From assembly GCA_050011875.1 (NCBI GenBank), contig JBEKIG010000010.1, forward strand, positions 24,499 to 88,498: a DNA stretch of 64,000 nucleotides, in the 5' to 3' direction. The position numbers and the translations under genes are program-made. Below are positions 1 through 9,122 of this stretch, in pieces. The notes beneath the pieces are model-generated. The model was not told the DNA's origin. It saw nothing but the letters and a program-made list of their open reading frames with translations, and made no database searches. The DNA is from Nitrososphaeria archaeon. Its GTDB lineage: Archaea; Thermoproteota; Nitrososphaeria; JACIWG01. Each line of letters starts with the position of its first letter. Within the stretch, counting starts at the first letter, position 1.

Positions 1-367
1 AGCACACCACTAAAGCGAAACCATAGGTGGACGTTATCTGAGGCGGCCTCAGATATGTTAACAGAATCAGGAACGCTACAACGAAAAACGCCATGTAAGC
101 AGTCTGGAAGGGTATGAGCGTCCTCCTCACTCTGACCATGTTCTCGAAGACAACTCTGTCCATGACGTAGCCTTTATCCTGCTCTTTGACGAGCCCAGCT
201 TGGAGAAGCTTGTTGACGTGGTATGATGCAACGGACGAGGAGCTGAAGCCAAGGCCCTCCTGCACGTCGCTAATACCTACGGGCTTTCCCACCTTGAATA
301 TGAAACGGTAAACTCTGAGAGTTGTACCCCTTAAAATCTTTGCTTCATCTTCTACCCTCTCACTCAA
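1..367 (-). CDS. Winged-HTH transcriptional regulator with C-terminal transmembrane helices (partial, runs off window)
   Basis: Manual translation from TTG at 367: LSERVEDEAKILRGTTLRVYRFIFKVGKPVGISDVQEGLGFSSSSVASYHVNKLLQAGLV...FQTAYMAFFVVAFLILLTYL; ArsR-like wHTH followed by hydrophobic segments. Not in ORF track because it is open-ended. Confidence 0.8.
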   Translation of the reverse strand, partial: MSERVEDEAKILRGTTLRVYRFIFKVGKPVGISDVQEGLGFSSSSVASYHVNKLLQAGLVKEQDKGYVMDRVVFENMVRVRRTLIPFQTAYMAFFVVAFLILLTYLRPPQITSTYGFALVVC

Positions 368-414
368 CGGTTTTCAACCTTACGATAAGCGATAACGTAT
401 TAAGCCTTACTAAA

Positions 415-493
415 TTCTAAAATTAGAAAAACACTTTCTAAAATTAGAAAAACACTTTCTAAAATTAGAAAAACACTTTCTAAAATTAGAAAA
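415..493. repeat. Tandem 21-bp repeat (TTCTAAAATTAGAAAAACACT x3 plus a 16-bp partial copy), each unit palindromic
   Basis: Units start at 415, 436, 457, 478; core TTCTAA-AA-TTAGAA is an inverted repeat; lies between divergent TATA-like boxes (398-403 and 513-520). Confidence 0.95.
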
Positions 494-550
494 CTGCGCT
501 TTCCAGTCTTTCTATTAATAGCAATATATCCAGTTCATAGGTACTGGCTG

Positions 551-1276
551 ATGAGCACAATGTCGGAATATAAAAGACAAATAGTTATAGGAGTTTTCGC
601 AGCTGCTGTAATAGCGTTGGTTCTGGCAGGTGGAGCAATCTACCTTCTTCCACTGCAGCCAGCGCAGACGACTTCCACAACACCCAGTTCTACAAACTCA
701 GTTGTGGCTTCGCTCACTACAGCTACAAGCACGATTACGTTCTCTCCTACGACTACGTTCACTTCACAGTCAACTTCGTCTGGTACGACGTCTACAACAG
801 CTATTACAACTATAACCTCAATACATACTGGACCTACTGTAACTACTGGTTCTACGACTATACAGACCGGACCTACTGTAACTACGACTATACAGACCGG
901 ACCTACTGTAACTGTTACTGTGACAGAACAAGTTGGTACTGCGACTGCGACCGTAACAACAACGGAGACACAAGGTCAAACGACAACTGTGACAACATTC
1001 GCCACGGTAACCAGTATAGAAAGGCTTGAAATAACGAACGTGACGGACGTTAGCCCAACTCAGGTGGTTGTAAGCGTCATGAACACCGGGAGCACAGACC
1101 AGATCATTACAGGTATACTAGTAAACGGAGAGTCTTTATCAAGCGTGAACGGAGGCACATCAAACCCAAGCCTACCTATCAAGGTGGCAGCGAATGCATC
1201 GCTAACCATCTATCTAACCTTCAGCTCTCCACTATCATCAAACACAATATATTTTGTAACAATCCAAACCAGTTGA
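551..1276 (+). CDS. Thr/Ser-rich membrane-anchored surface protein with C-terminal beta-sandwich (pilin-like) domain
   Basis: N-terminal KR plus hydrophobic helix, long T/S stalk, C-terminal VSVMNTGS...ITGILVNG pattern seen in archaeal pilin-like Ig folds. Confidence 0.7.
   Translation: MSTMSEYKRQIVIGVFAAAVIALVLAGGAIYLLPLQPAQTTSTTPSSTNSVVASLTTATSTITFSPTTTFTSQSTSSGTTSTTAITTITSIHTGPTVTTGSTTIQTGPTVTTTIQTGPTVTVTVTEQVGTATATVTTTETQGQTTTVTTFATVTSIERLEITNVTDVSPTQVVVSVMNTGSTDQIITGILVNGESLSSVNGGTSNPSLPIKVAANASLTIYLTFSSPLSSNTIYFVTIQTS
852..913 (+). repeat. Exact 30-bp tandem duplication encoding TTIQTGPTVT x2
   Basis: CTACGACTATACAGACCGGACCTACTGTAA at 852-881 and 882-911. Confidence 0.9.
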
Positions 1277-1281
1277 TCTAA

Positions 1282-1857
1282 AAGAGTAGTGATAAGATCA
1301 AACAATCGGTCGATAAAAGCTCCTATAAGATAGCTTTTGTCGCCCTTATAGTTACAGCTGCAGTTGTTGGAAGCCTCATCTACTCCAACGCAACATTATT
1401 CAGAAGTTCAGCGAGCACTTCAACTGTTTCCACAAGCTCGTCAAACACTACATCTACTACTACGACGACTTCATTTATATCAACAACTACAATGATCCGC
1501 ACAGTTACAGCAACGACCACAGTTACAGCAATGATCACATGTTCTCCCGCAGCCACTCAGGAAAATCCACTTATGACCTTCAGAATAAACGTTGAGTACA
1601 ATGGTCCATGGAATGCAACCGCAATCGGCTATTCGAACACCACTGCCAATCAAGCATTTCAAAGGTGCTACTACGGTAATGGAGACGGCTGGATTCTGAT
1701 CTCGGACTGGAATCCCTCTGGTGGAGCTATACTCAGCTTGACCGTCCAGAAAGGGGACGCTAGCAGCGGTAACCTTACAGCTATCGGGAATGGTCAGGTA
1801 AAGAGCACTGTTGCCCCCTATGGTGCCGTGACGATCTCGATAACGGCAGTTCCATGA
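1282..1857 (+). CDS. Second Ser/Thr-rich secreted or anchored protein (true start uncertain, upstream of ORF-track ATG 1492)
   Basis: Frame is open from 1282 and encodes SYKIAFVALIVTAAVVGSLIYS (signal/TM) plus an S/T stalk before 1492; no ATG/GTG/TTG precedes the hydrophobic segment. Confidence 0.6.
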   Translation, partial: KSSDKIKQSVDKSSYKIAFVALIVTAAVVGSLIYSNATLFRSSASTSTVSTSSSNTTSTTTTTSFISTTTMIRTVTATTTVTAMITCSPAATQENPLMTFRINVEYNGPWNATAIGYSNTTANQAFQRCYYGNGDGWILISDWNPSGGAILSLTVQKGDASSGNLTAIGNGQVKSTVAPYGAVTISITAVP

Positions 1858-1976
1858 AGCATTAGTGGCTAACCGTGATTTCAATCTTATCAGCAGGTCG
1901 CCATGGGAATAAAGAAAAGGAATGCAAAGATTATCAGCAAATCTTTAATGTGTATCTATCAGATGGGGTGTTGACT

Positions 1977-2165
1977 ATGCCAGTAGTAATAATTGAGATG
2001 TGGGAAGGAAGAACCGAAGAACAGAAGGAAAAGCTAATGAAAGCGGTCACAAATGCTTTCGAGACAATCGGGATAAAGAAAGGGAGAGTTACCGTCATAA
2101 TACATGACATGCCAAAAAGCAACTGGAGCGTTCAAGGAGAACAAGCGTCAAAGATGAACCTCTAA
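1977..2165 (+). CDS. 4-oxalocrotonate tautomerase family protein
   Basis: MPVVIIEMWEGRTEEQKEKL...VIIHDMPKSNW; catalytic Pro-1 fixes the start at ATG 1977. Confidence 0.92.
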   Translation: MPVVIIEMWEGRTEEQKEKLMKAVTNAFETIGIKKGRVTVIIHDMPKSNWSVQGEQASKMNL

Positions 2166-2315
2166 AAATTAAAGTTAACCAAACTATTCAATACGTATGG
2201 GAATTACTTGTCAGTATAAAATCTGTTAAGACGCATATCTATCTAATATTGATACATATTTAGTGCTTAATTAAGGTCAGAAACCACTGGTCCAGTTTCT
2301 ATTTCAATCCGAGTC

Positions 2316-3761
2316 CTACTTTTTCCCTTGGTCGTACTGCACATACACTACATGGGTCGCCATGAACTCTTCCAACCCATGTTTCCCATCAGCCCCACCA
2401 ATCCCAGACTTACGCCAGCCTGCGTGAAAGCCCTGCATGGCCTCACCGTTTTCACGGTTGACATACGTCTCCCCGAACTTAATTTCCTTGCACGCCCTCA
2501 TTGCAACGTCGAGATTCTGGGTGTAGATGGACGAGGTCAAACCATACTCACAATCGTTGGCGAATTCGATCGCTTCATCAAGATCCCGGAATGTGGTGAT
2601 GGGTAGGACAGGCCCGAAGATCTCCTTCTGCATTATTGCACTCTTATGGTTGCAGTGCGTCAACACAGTTGGTGGGTAGAAGTAACCCCTACGGTCGACC
2701 CGATGTCCGCCCGTGATGAGTTTGGCTCCATCTTTCACTGCCTGATGCACCGCACCGTCTACTGACTCAAGCTGCTGTTTGCTGACCAGTGGCCCCATAT
2801 CCACATCGACCCCAGCCAGTGGATCGCCAAACTTGGTCTCCTCCATCGCCTCGGTGACTTTCGATATGAAGGCGTCAGCGACGGACTCTTGCACGTAGAC
2901 TCGTTCCGCGCAATTGCAGACTTGCCCCGTGTTAATGATACGCGAATCTCGGATAGCTTTCGCAGCCAAATCTAAATCCGCGTCAGACATTACGATCGCC
3001 GGAGCTTTACCCCCAAGCTCAAGCGAAACCTTAGTGACATTGTTCGCCGCGGCTCGCATCACCTCTATTCCGCCCTCGACGCTGCCAGTCATACTCACCA
3101 TCCCGACTTTTGGGTGCCCAGCCAGTGCATTACCGACAATCGCGCCGCGCCCGGACACCAGATTGAATACACCTTCAGGAAGGGACGATTCCGCAACGAT
3201 TCGCGCGAACTCGAACGCGTTGTTAGGAGTATTACAGCTCGGCTTGATTACGATGGTATTCCCGGTTACCAACGCAGGAGCCATCTTGCGGGCGATGAGG
3301 AAAAATGGGAAGTTCCAAGGTAGAATCCCAGCTACCACACCGATCGGCAGCTTGAAAAGGAAGATGTTTTCGTTTGAGCGGTCGCTCTGAATAATTTCAC
3401 CCTCGTACCTGCGGGCGAACTCGGCCGTATAGTCAATGTAATCTGCCATGGAATTCACTTCGAACCTGGCAAGCGGTAAGATCTTGCCTTGCTCCTCCGA
3501 AATGGTCCGCGCAAATTCTTCACTGCGTTTCCTGATAACCTGAGCAAGCTCGTGCAAATACTTGGCTCGCTCAATGGCCGGCTTTTTGGCCCATGTCTTT
3601 TGCGCTCTTTCAGCCGCCGTGACGGCTAGGTCGACATCGGCGGCAGCGCCGTCTGGAATCTCAGAAATCACCTTCTCCGTTGAGGGGTTCGTCACCGAGA
3701 TCATTTTACCAGTGGAGTGAGACACGAACTTTCCATCAATAAACATCTGATACCGATTCAT
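2316..3761 (-). CDS. aldA: NAD-dependent aldehyde dehydrogenase, lactaldehyde/glycolaldehyde dehydrogenase (AldA)-like
   Basis: ILPWNFPFFLIARK, LELGGKAP, GQVCNCAER, EIFGPV, AMQGFHAGWRKSGIGGADGKHG motifs. Confidence 0.88.
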   Translation of the reverse strand: MNRYQMFIDGKFVSHSTGKMISVTNPSTEKVISEIPDGAAADVDLAVTAAERAQKTWAKKPAIERAKYLHELAQVIRKRSEEFARTISEEQGKILPLARFEVNSMADYIDYTAEFARRYEGEIIQSDRSNENIFLFKLPIGVVAGILPWNFPFFLIARKMAPALVTGNTIVIKPSCNTPNNAFEFARIVAESSLPEGVFNLVSGRGAIVGNALAGHPKVGMVSMTGSVEGGIEVMRAAANNVTKVSLELGGKAPAIVMSDADLDLAAKAIRDSRIINTGQVCNCAERVYVQESVADAFISKVTEAMEETKFGDPLAGVDVDMGPLVSKQQLESVDGAVHQAVKDGAKLITGGHRVDRRGYFYPPTVLTHCNHKSAIMQKEIFGPVLPITTFRDLDEAIEFANDCEYGLTSSIYTQNLDVAMRACKEIKFGETYVNRENGEAMQGFHAGWRKSGIGGADGKHGLEEFMATHVVYVQYDQGKK

Positions 3762-4044
3762 TAACTTCTCTTTGGCTCACTTTTATTTATGAGTTTCCAT
3801 AAGATAGCTGCGCAGTTGGCTCTTTGAGGTTTCACTCTTTGGATGATGTTATTCTATCCGTAAGACCCATCCTCCTGCTGCATCAATTACGCGTCCATGA
3901 ACCCTCCAAGATTTGACATCTCGTCCAAGTCCTGTGAATATTGCGTTTTGATTTTGCCTTTATAACCGGATTAATTAAAGCTGATCCTATTTTCAATTTC
4001 GTATTGGAGAAAGGTTTTTATTTTATTTCGGATGTATTCACGTC

Positions 4045-4827
4045 ATGAGACTGAAAAATAGGGTTTGCTTGGTTACCGGGGCTTCACGTGGTATCGGGCG
4101 GGCGATTGCACTAACCTTTGCTAGGGAAGGAGCGGATTTGATTGTAAACTACTCGAAGAGTGAAGAAAAAGCTAAAGAGGTCGCCAAAGAGATCGTCAAA
4201 TTAGGAAGAAAGGCCCTTTTAGTCAAAGCCGATGTTTCAAATAAAGACGAAGTCAAAGCCATGGTCGATAAAGCCATAAAGGAATTTGGAAGGATAGACG
4301 TGCTGGTTAACAACGCAGGAATTACATGGAAACCCACCAAATTATTGGAGGGGACTACGGAAGAGTGGGAGAGAGTGCTGGGAGTTAATCTAATTGGGAC
4401 GTACTATTGTGTGCAGGCGGTAGCACCTTATATGATCAAGAACAGGTATGGAAAGATAATCAACATATCTTCTCTTGCAAGTATCGCTACGACGTTTTCG
4501 GAGAATGTGGCGTACGCGCCTTCGAAGGCAGCGGTCAACGTATTAACGAAAAGGCTTGCATACGAATTAGGACCCCATAATATAAATGTAAACGCTATCG
4601 CACCAGGACTGATTAAAACAGAGATGCTCAGTGTAGGAAAGACACAGAAGGAAGTAGACAAAACACTAAATGAAATCGCAAATGTGGCTGATCTCAGAAG
4701 GACGGGCGAACCGCAGGACATCGCAAATGCGGCTCTGTTCTTAGCGTCGGATGAATCGAACTTTATGACGGGGCAGTTAATGGTCGTAGACGGGGGGAGG
4801 TTTAACTTCCTGTCACATAGTGTATGA
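4045..4827 (+). CDS. Short-chain dehydrogenase/reductase (FabG-like)
   Basis: TGASRGIG, NNAG, YAPSK catalytic motif, GQLMVVDGG. Confidence 0.92.
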   Translation: MRLKNRVCLVTGASRGIGRAIALTFAREGADLIVNYSKSEEKAKEVAKEIVKLGRKALLVKADVSNKDEVKAMVDKAIKEFGRIDVLVNNAGITWKPTKLLEGTTEEWERVLGVNLIGTYYCVQAVAPYMIKNRYGKIINISSLASIATTFSENVAYAPSKAAVNVLTKRLAYELGPHNINVNAIAPGLIKTEMLSVGKTQKEVDKTLNEIANVADLRRTGEPQDIANAALFLASDESNFMTGQLMVVDGGRFNFLSHSV

Positions 4828-4938
4828 TAAGGAAAGTTTTACCCGTCGCAGCTGGTGTAAAGGTATTCCAACCTCATAGAAGGCAACACCAAGGGAAATA
4901 TTAAATTTAATATACTGTAGTTCTCTCCTTTCTGGCGT

Positions 4939-5028
4939 GGCCTCCGTGGTGTAGTGGTAGCATAATGGCCTGTGGAGCCGTGGGCTCGGGTTCGACAAAT
5001 TAAACGTTCGAAAATCCCGACGGAGGCC
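4939..5028 (+). tRNA. tRNA-His(GTG) with encoded G-1 and an 18-nt intron at 59/60 (4997-5014)
   Basis: Acceptor G-GCCTCCG/CGGAGGC-C; anticodon arm ATGGC-CT GTG GA-GCCGT; T-stem TCGGG/CCCGA encloses 25 nt that fold into a BHB. Confidence 0.93.
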
Positions 5029-5043
5029 CCTTCCAGATCTAAG

Positions 5044-5475
5044 CTAGGTTATCCACTTTGAAGAGCCGTCGACATAGTTTTCCTTCTTGAAGATGGGTGG
5101 TTCTTGCTTATACCTCTCCACTGCTTCCTGTACAGCTTTAAATGCTGGTCCTCTTGATTTTGAGGCTACGATCACCGCGACTATTGGTTCAGTTGGGTCG
5201 AAGTCTCCTTCTAGATGTATGATTGATATAAAGATCAGGGAAAACGCTTGCTTTATTTCGTCACAAATTCTTAGTATGGTTTTATCGGCTTCTTCCTTGT
5301 AAGTTTCTATGGTCACACTCTTCACTTTTTTTTCCGAGACGGTACTCGACTCCTTTGAAATGCCTATGAAGGTGACAATGGCTCCGACATTCTTATTAGA
5401 TATGTCCTTTTGAATATCGGTTACAGTGTCAAATAAATTTAATGAATTTTTTAAGTATATCCCCGGGGACAGCAT
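5044..5475 (-). CDS. moaE: Molybdopterin synthase catalytic subunit
   Basis: GAIVTFIG...ASKSRGPAF...PPIFKKE motifs. Confidence 0.85.
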   Translation of the reverse strand: MLSPGIYLKNSLNLFDTVTDIQKDISNKNVGAIVTFIGISKESSTVSEKKVKSVTIETYKEEADKTILRICDEIKQAFSLIFISIIHLEGDFDPTEPIVAVIVASKSRGPAFKAVQEAVERYKQEPPIFKKENYVDGSSKWIT

Positions 5476-5514
5476 TTTAAACTAAAAGTCTTTTGATGAT
5501 TATTAAACGTTCTC

Positions 5515-6045
5515 TTAATAAGAGATAGACTCTTTTTCTACGGCTTTCCTTCTCAGCTCATGCCCACATATAGGGCAAATCGACGTCTTTGAGTCTTTGA
5601 AGACTTTTCCACATGCGGGACAATAGATCATCCACTTTATCTGCTTAGTGATTCCTTTCACTGCCATTGATTTAAACTTGATTCCTAAAGTATACGCTAT
5701 ATTTTGCAAGGAGTAATCATCGGTGATTAAAGTTAGTTCCTCATTCATATTCTCCTTCAAGTAGAGGGCTGAGGCAATTATCGACAAGTCGGTCTTTGAC
5801 AGCGCTTTTAGGTCAGAAGAATCTGCTGTTGCTAAGGATATCTTAGAAAGATACTCGGAGGGTGGGCTAATGATCTTTAATGACCCTTGCAAGACGTATA
5901 TATCTATCTTTGTTCGAAGAAATCTGTTTCTACCAACTTCATGGATAACTTCTTCAGTCGTATATGCAACAGCAGAGGAAGAAAAAGAAAAGCCGAACAT
6001 AAAAGCAGATGAATCTAGAATGTATATCATACGATTTCTATCCAA
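5515..6045 (-). CDS. nob1: Nob1 PIN-domain rRNA maturation endonuclease
   Basis: ILDSSAF, LSKTDLS, ITDDYSLQN, C-terminal CxxC...CPICG ribbon. Confidence 0.92.
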   Translation of the reverse strand: MDRNRMIYILDSSAFMFGFSFSSSAVAYTTEEVIHEVGRNRFLRTKIDIYVLQGSLKIISPPSEYLSKISLATADSSDLKALSKTDLSIIASALYLKENMNEELTLITDDYSLQNIAYTLGIKFKSMAVKGITKQIKWMIYCPACGKVFKDSKTSICPICGHELRRKAVEKESISY

Positions 6046-6874
6046 TTATATCAAAGCCTAGTTTCTGAATTTGTGATAGGCGACCTGTAAAAACCTTTAG
6101 AAATTTAGCTTTTTCTTCGTTTCTCTCTATTTGGATTACTTTGTTTCTTTCCAAACTTTGTTTTATCTGCCCATCAATAACCAGATTTGCTTTGTTAGAA
6201 CATGATACACTTAACGGTAATGGTTGGACAATAATAGGTGGCAGTCTTTGAACAGATCCAATTGAGTTTAGCAAAAAAGCATCAAGTGTTTCATCTAATA
6301 CAGGACCATCTAAAGAGAATGAGTGTCCTGTAGACCCTGTTGGTGTAGAAATGATTAAACCATCCATTCTTTTTTTTATGAGAAGTTCCTTCTGCGCTAT
6401 AGTGAACAGGGGCAGTTCTGTCAACGATCCCCTGTATAAAAGTACCTCATTAAGGGCGGTTAATTTTTTAACAGGATCACCGACGTCAAGTTTAAGCATC
6501 ATATGCTCTTGAACGTGAAACCTATCCCTTTTTATTGAATCGATTGCCAAATCTATTTCATCAGGAAATATTTCCGTAAGGACGCCCTTTGAGCCGACGT
6601 TTATTCCTAGAATTGGGACCTGTTTTGATAAACTTCTAATCACACCTATTATCGTGCCGTCTCCACCTAAAATGCATAGAAGATCTGTATTAGATTGATC
6701 CACATCTTCTATATTTAGACTATTTGTTGACTGATATTTTACTGGTGTTATCGTATTTACGTGAAAATTATTCTTCTTAAAAGACTCGATGATGAATTTT
6801 GTCACCCTGTGTTGGTTTATCTTTTTGATATTTCCTGCGATCGCGATCCTGTTTATTGTGGTCAAATTTGCCAA
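6038..6874 (-). CDS. nadK: NAD kinase
   Basis: GGDGT, ALNE, DGLIISTPTGSTGHSFS motifs. Confidence 0.9.
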   Translation of the reverse strand: MANLTTINRIAIAGNIKKINQHRVTKFIIESFKKNNFHVNTITPVKYQSTNSLNIEDVDQSNTDLLCILGGDGTIIGVIRSLSKQVPILGINVGSKGVLTEIFPDEIDLAIDSIKRDRFHVQEHMMLKLDVGDPVKKLTALNEVLLYRGSLTELPLFTIAQKELLIKKRMDGLIISTPTGSTGHSFSLDGPVLDETLDAFLLNSIGSVQRLPPIIVQPLPLSVSCSNKANLVIDGQIKQSLERNKVIQIERNEEKAKFLKVFTGRLSQIQKLGFDIIG

Positions 6875-7024
6875 CCATATTTGTTCTTTGGTGGTGATAT
6901 TAAATATTGTCGGGAAAAACCTATTTTTACCGGCATTAACAATTATATGGTGCCCGATGAATTACAGGAAGAGCCGTCTGAGCATTATATGTTATGAAGA
7001 TGATTATGAGTTACGAGGGCACCT

Positions 7025-7426
7025 TTAGGATTTACCTTTTACTCGCATAATCTTGCTTTTACCTAAGACGTTCCAATACTCTACTTCCGTTCCTTGACTT
7101 ATTAACTTGGCTACCTCGTCTTCTTTTGGAAATGGCAATTCAAACGTTTCAAACGTTTCCAAGTCCATAATCTGTAGAATGTTTCCTGTGATAGAAATTA
7201 CCTGACCACTCTTTTTTTCAATAAGAGGAACTTCGACCATAGAAGCGACTGGACTTAAAAGACTCTTCTTTGAACTGTCAAATACACCTATGGCAACAAT
7301 ACGTGCTTTTGCAGAACCGTGCTTGCCAGTTTTACTTTTATCATATTCCACAATTTTGCAAGGCTCTCCATCAATAATAATGTATGAGCCTATTTTAAGA
7401 CTTGAAAGATCAGCTGGTCGACTCAA
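7025..7426 (-). CDS. eif5a: Translation factor aIF5A
   Basis: SKTGKHGSAK hypusine motif. Confidence 0.97.
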   Translation of the reverse strand: MSRPADLSSLKIGSYIIIDGEPCKIVEYDKSKTGKHGSAKARIVAIGVFDSSKKSLLSPVASMVEVPLIEKKSGQVISITGNILQIMDLETFETFELPFPKEDEVAKLISQGTEVEYWNVLGKSKIMRVKGKS

Positions 7427-7805
7427 AAACTATCACCTTTATTATCATCAAAGAAGAAGAAACATATATCTATATAAAATTAATGAATAAAAGGTAGCCT
7501 TGTGAGAAGCGTTTTAAAAAAAAGAACATTATAGTCTGATCGTTAAGATGTGGTGAAGGTGTGATGGCGATCTTTTGTCCTAATATTGAACCTCTTTCTG
7601 CAATAATTAAATCTCTCTTGGTCAAACACTTTATGGTAGAGAAGGATTTGACCTGTTTAAGATTTCGAATACATAATCCCTTTATCGTATGTTCTACATC
7701 TTTTGGAAACTTGGAAGGTAAATGGTTATTAGACTCTTCAAATGCAAGGAAAGGGCTGAATTTGAATAATATGATTAAGGGTACATTTATAATTCTAGTC
7801 TGAGT

Positions 7806-9122
7806 GTGAAAAGTTTGTTAGATCAATTAAAAGAAAGCCTAAGGAATGCGATAAAGAAGCTGATCTATAGTGATGTAGTAGACGAGCAGGCGATAAAGGA
7901 GTTTGTAAGGGATATACAAAGAAGTCTACTACAAGCTGATGTCAACGTTAAGATCGTTTTAGATATAACATCAAAGATAGAAAAGGAGGCGTTAAAAAGT
8001 GACATCCCTGCTGGATTATCAAAGCGTGATTATATTATTAATCTGCTTTATGGAGAGCTTACAAAAATTCTTGGCACAGAAAGTAAAGTTGAGTTCCCTA
8101 GAAATAAATGTAACGTAATTTTATTAGTCGGAATTCAAGGCTCTGGTAAGACAACTTTTGCAGCAAAATTAGGAAAATATTTCTTAAGGGAAGGATACCA
8201 AGTCGGAATAGTTTGTGCCGATACATTTAGGCCTGGAGCCTTAGAGCAATTGAAGACTACATGCGAAAGAGGAAAGATAGACCTTTTTGGAAAACAGGGT
8301 GAAAGAAACGCTATAAAGATTTGTGTGGAAGGAAAAAAAATTTTTGAACAAAATAAGAATATCTTAATAATAGATACTGCCGGAAGACACAAAGAAGAAA
8401 AGGAGCTAATTCTAGAAATGAAAGAAATAAATGATGTACTAAAACCTCAAATGGTACTACTAGTTATTGATGGAACAATAGGGCAGCAGAGTTTTGCTCA
8501 GGCAAAAGCTTTCCATGAAGCCACCTCTATAGGCGGAATAGTTCTAACAAAACTGGATGGAGCAGCAAAGGGAGGTGGAGCAATAGCTGCTGCTGCGTCA
8601 ACCCAAGCAAGTATCCTTTTTATAAGCACAGGGGAAGGAATAGATGACATCGAAAGGTTTGTTCCAGAAAGATTTGTGAACAGATTACTCGGATTAGGCG
8701 ACATTAAGGCAATATTAGAGAGAGTAAAGCAAGCAGAAATAGAGCCGGATGAGTCAAGAGCAAGAAGGATAATGTCAGGAAAGATGTCGATAGACGATCT
8801 TTATGATCAATTGATGCAGTTAAAGAAATTTGGTTCTTTGAAGAAACTTTTGGAACTCATACCTGGAATGCCAGAAGTTGATCGCTCTATAAACATGGAC
8901 GAACTAGAAGGTAGGTTAGAGAAATGGCGCTTTGTAATACAATCGATGACAAAGGAAGAAAAACGAGATCCAGATATACTTAATGCATCAAGAATGAGAA
9001 GAATAGCTAGAGGATCCGGAGTGGACGAAAAAGAAGTTAAAGAAATGGTTAAGCAGTACAATAATATGAAAATTGTAATGAAAAAAAACAAAGGCAAATT
9101 TCTACGTGGATTTATGAGGTGA
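7806..9122 (+). CDS. srp54: Signal recognition particle protein SRP54
   Basis: GIQGSGKTT, DTAGRH, TKLDGAAKGG, M-domain SRMRRIARGSG. Confidence 0.97.
   Translation: MKSLLDQLKESLRNAIKKLIYSDVVDEQAIKEFVRDIQRSLLQADVNVKIVLDITSKIEKEALKSDIPAGLSKRDYIINLLYGELTKILGTESKVEFPRNKCNVILLVGIQGSGKTTFAAKLGKYFLREGYQVGIVCADTFRPGALEQLKTTCERGKIDLFGKQGERNAIKICVEGKKIFEQNKNILIIDTAGRHKEEKELILEMKEINDVLKPQMVLLVIDGTIGQQSFAQAKAFHEATSIGGIVLTKLDGAAKGGGAIAAAASTQASILFISTGEGIDDIERFVPERFVNRLLGLGDIKAILERVKQAEIEPDESRARRIMSGKMSIDDLYDQLMQLKKFGSLKKLLELIPGMPEVDRSINMDELEGRLEKWRFVIQSMTKEEKRDPDILNASRMRRIARGSGVDEKEVKEMVKQYNNMKIVMKKNKGKFLRGFMR

Noticed and set aside
415-493. CRISPR array
   Set aside because: Units are head-to-tail with no unique spacers, and no cas genes are in the window.
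3849-3950. Possible SDR C-terminal remnant (..VHGRVIDAAGGW..) on the minus strand
   Set aside because: Short and only weakly similar; cannot be distinguished from chance.
7561-7803. 80-aa ORF upstream of srp54
   Set aside because: No recognisable motif in either orientation; left unannotated.
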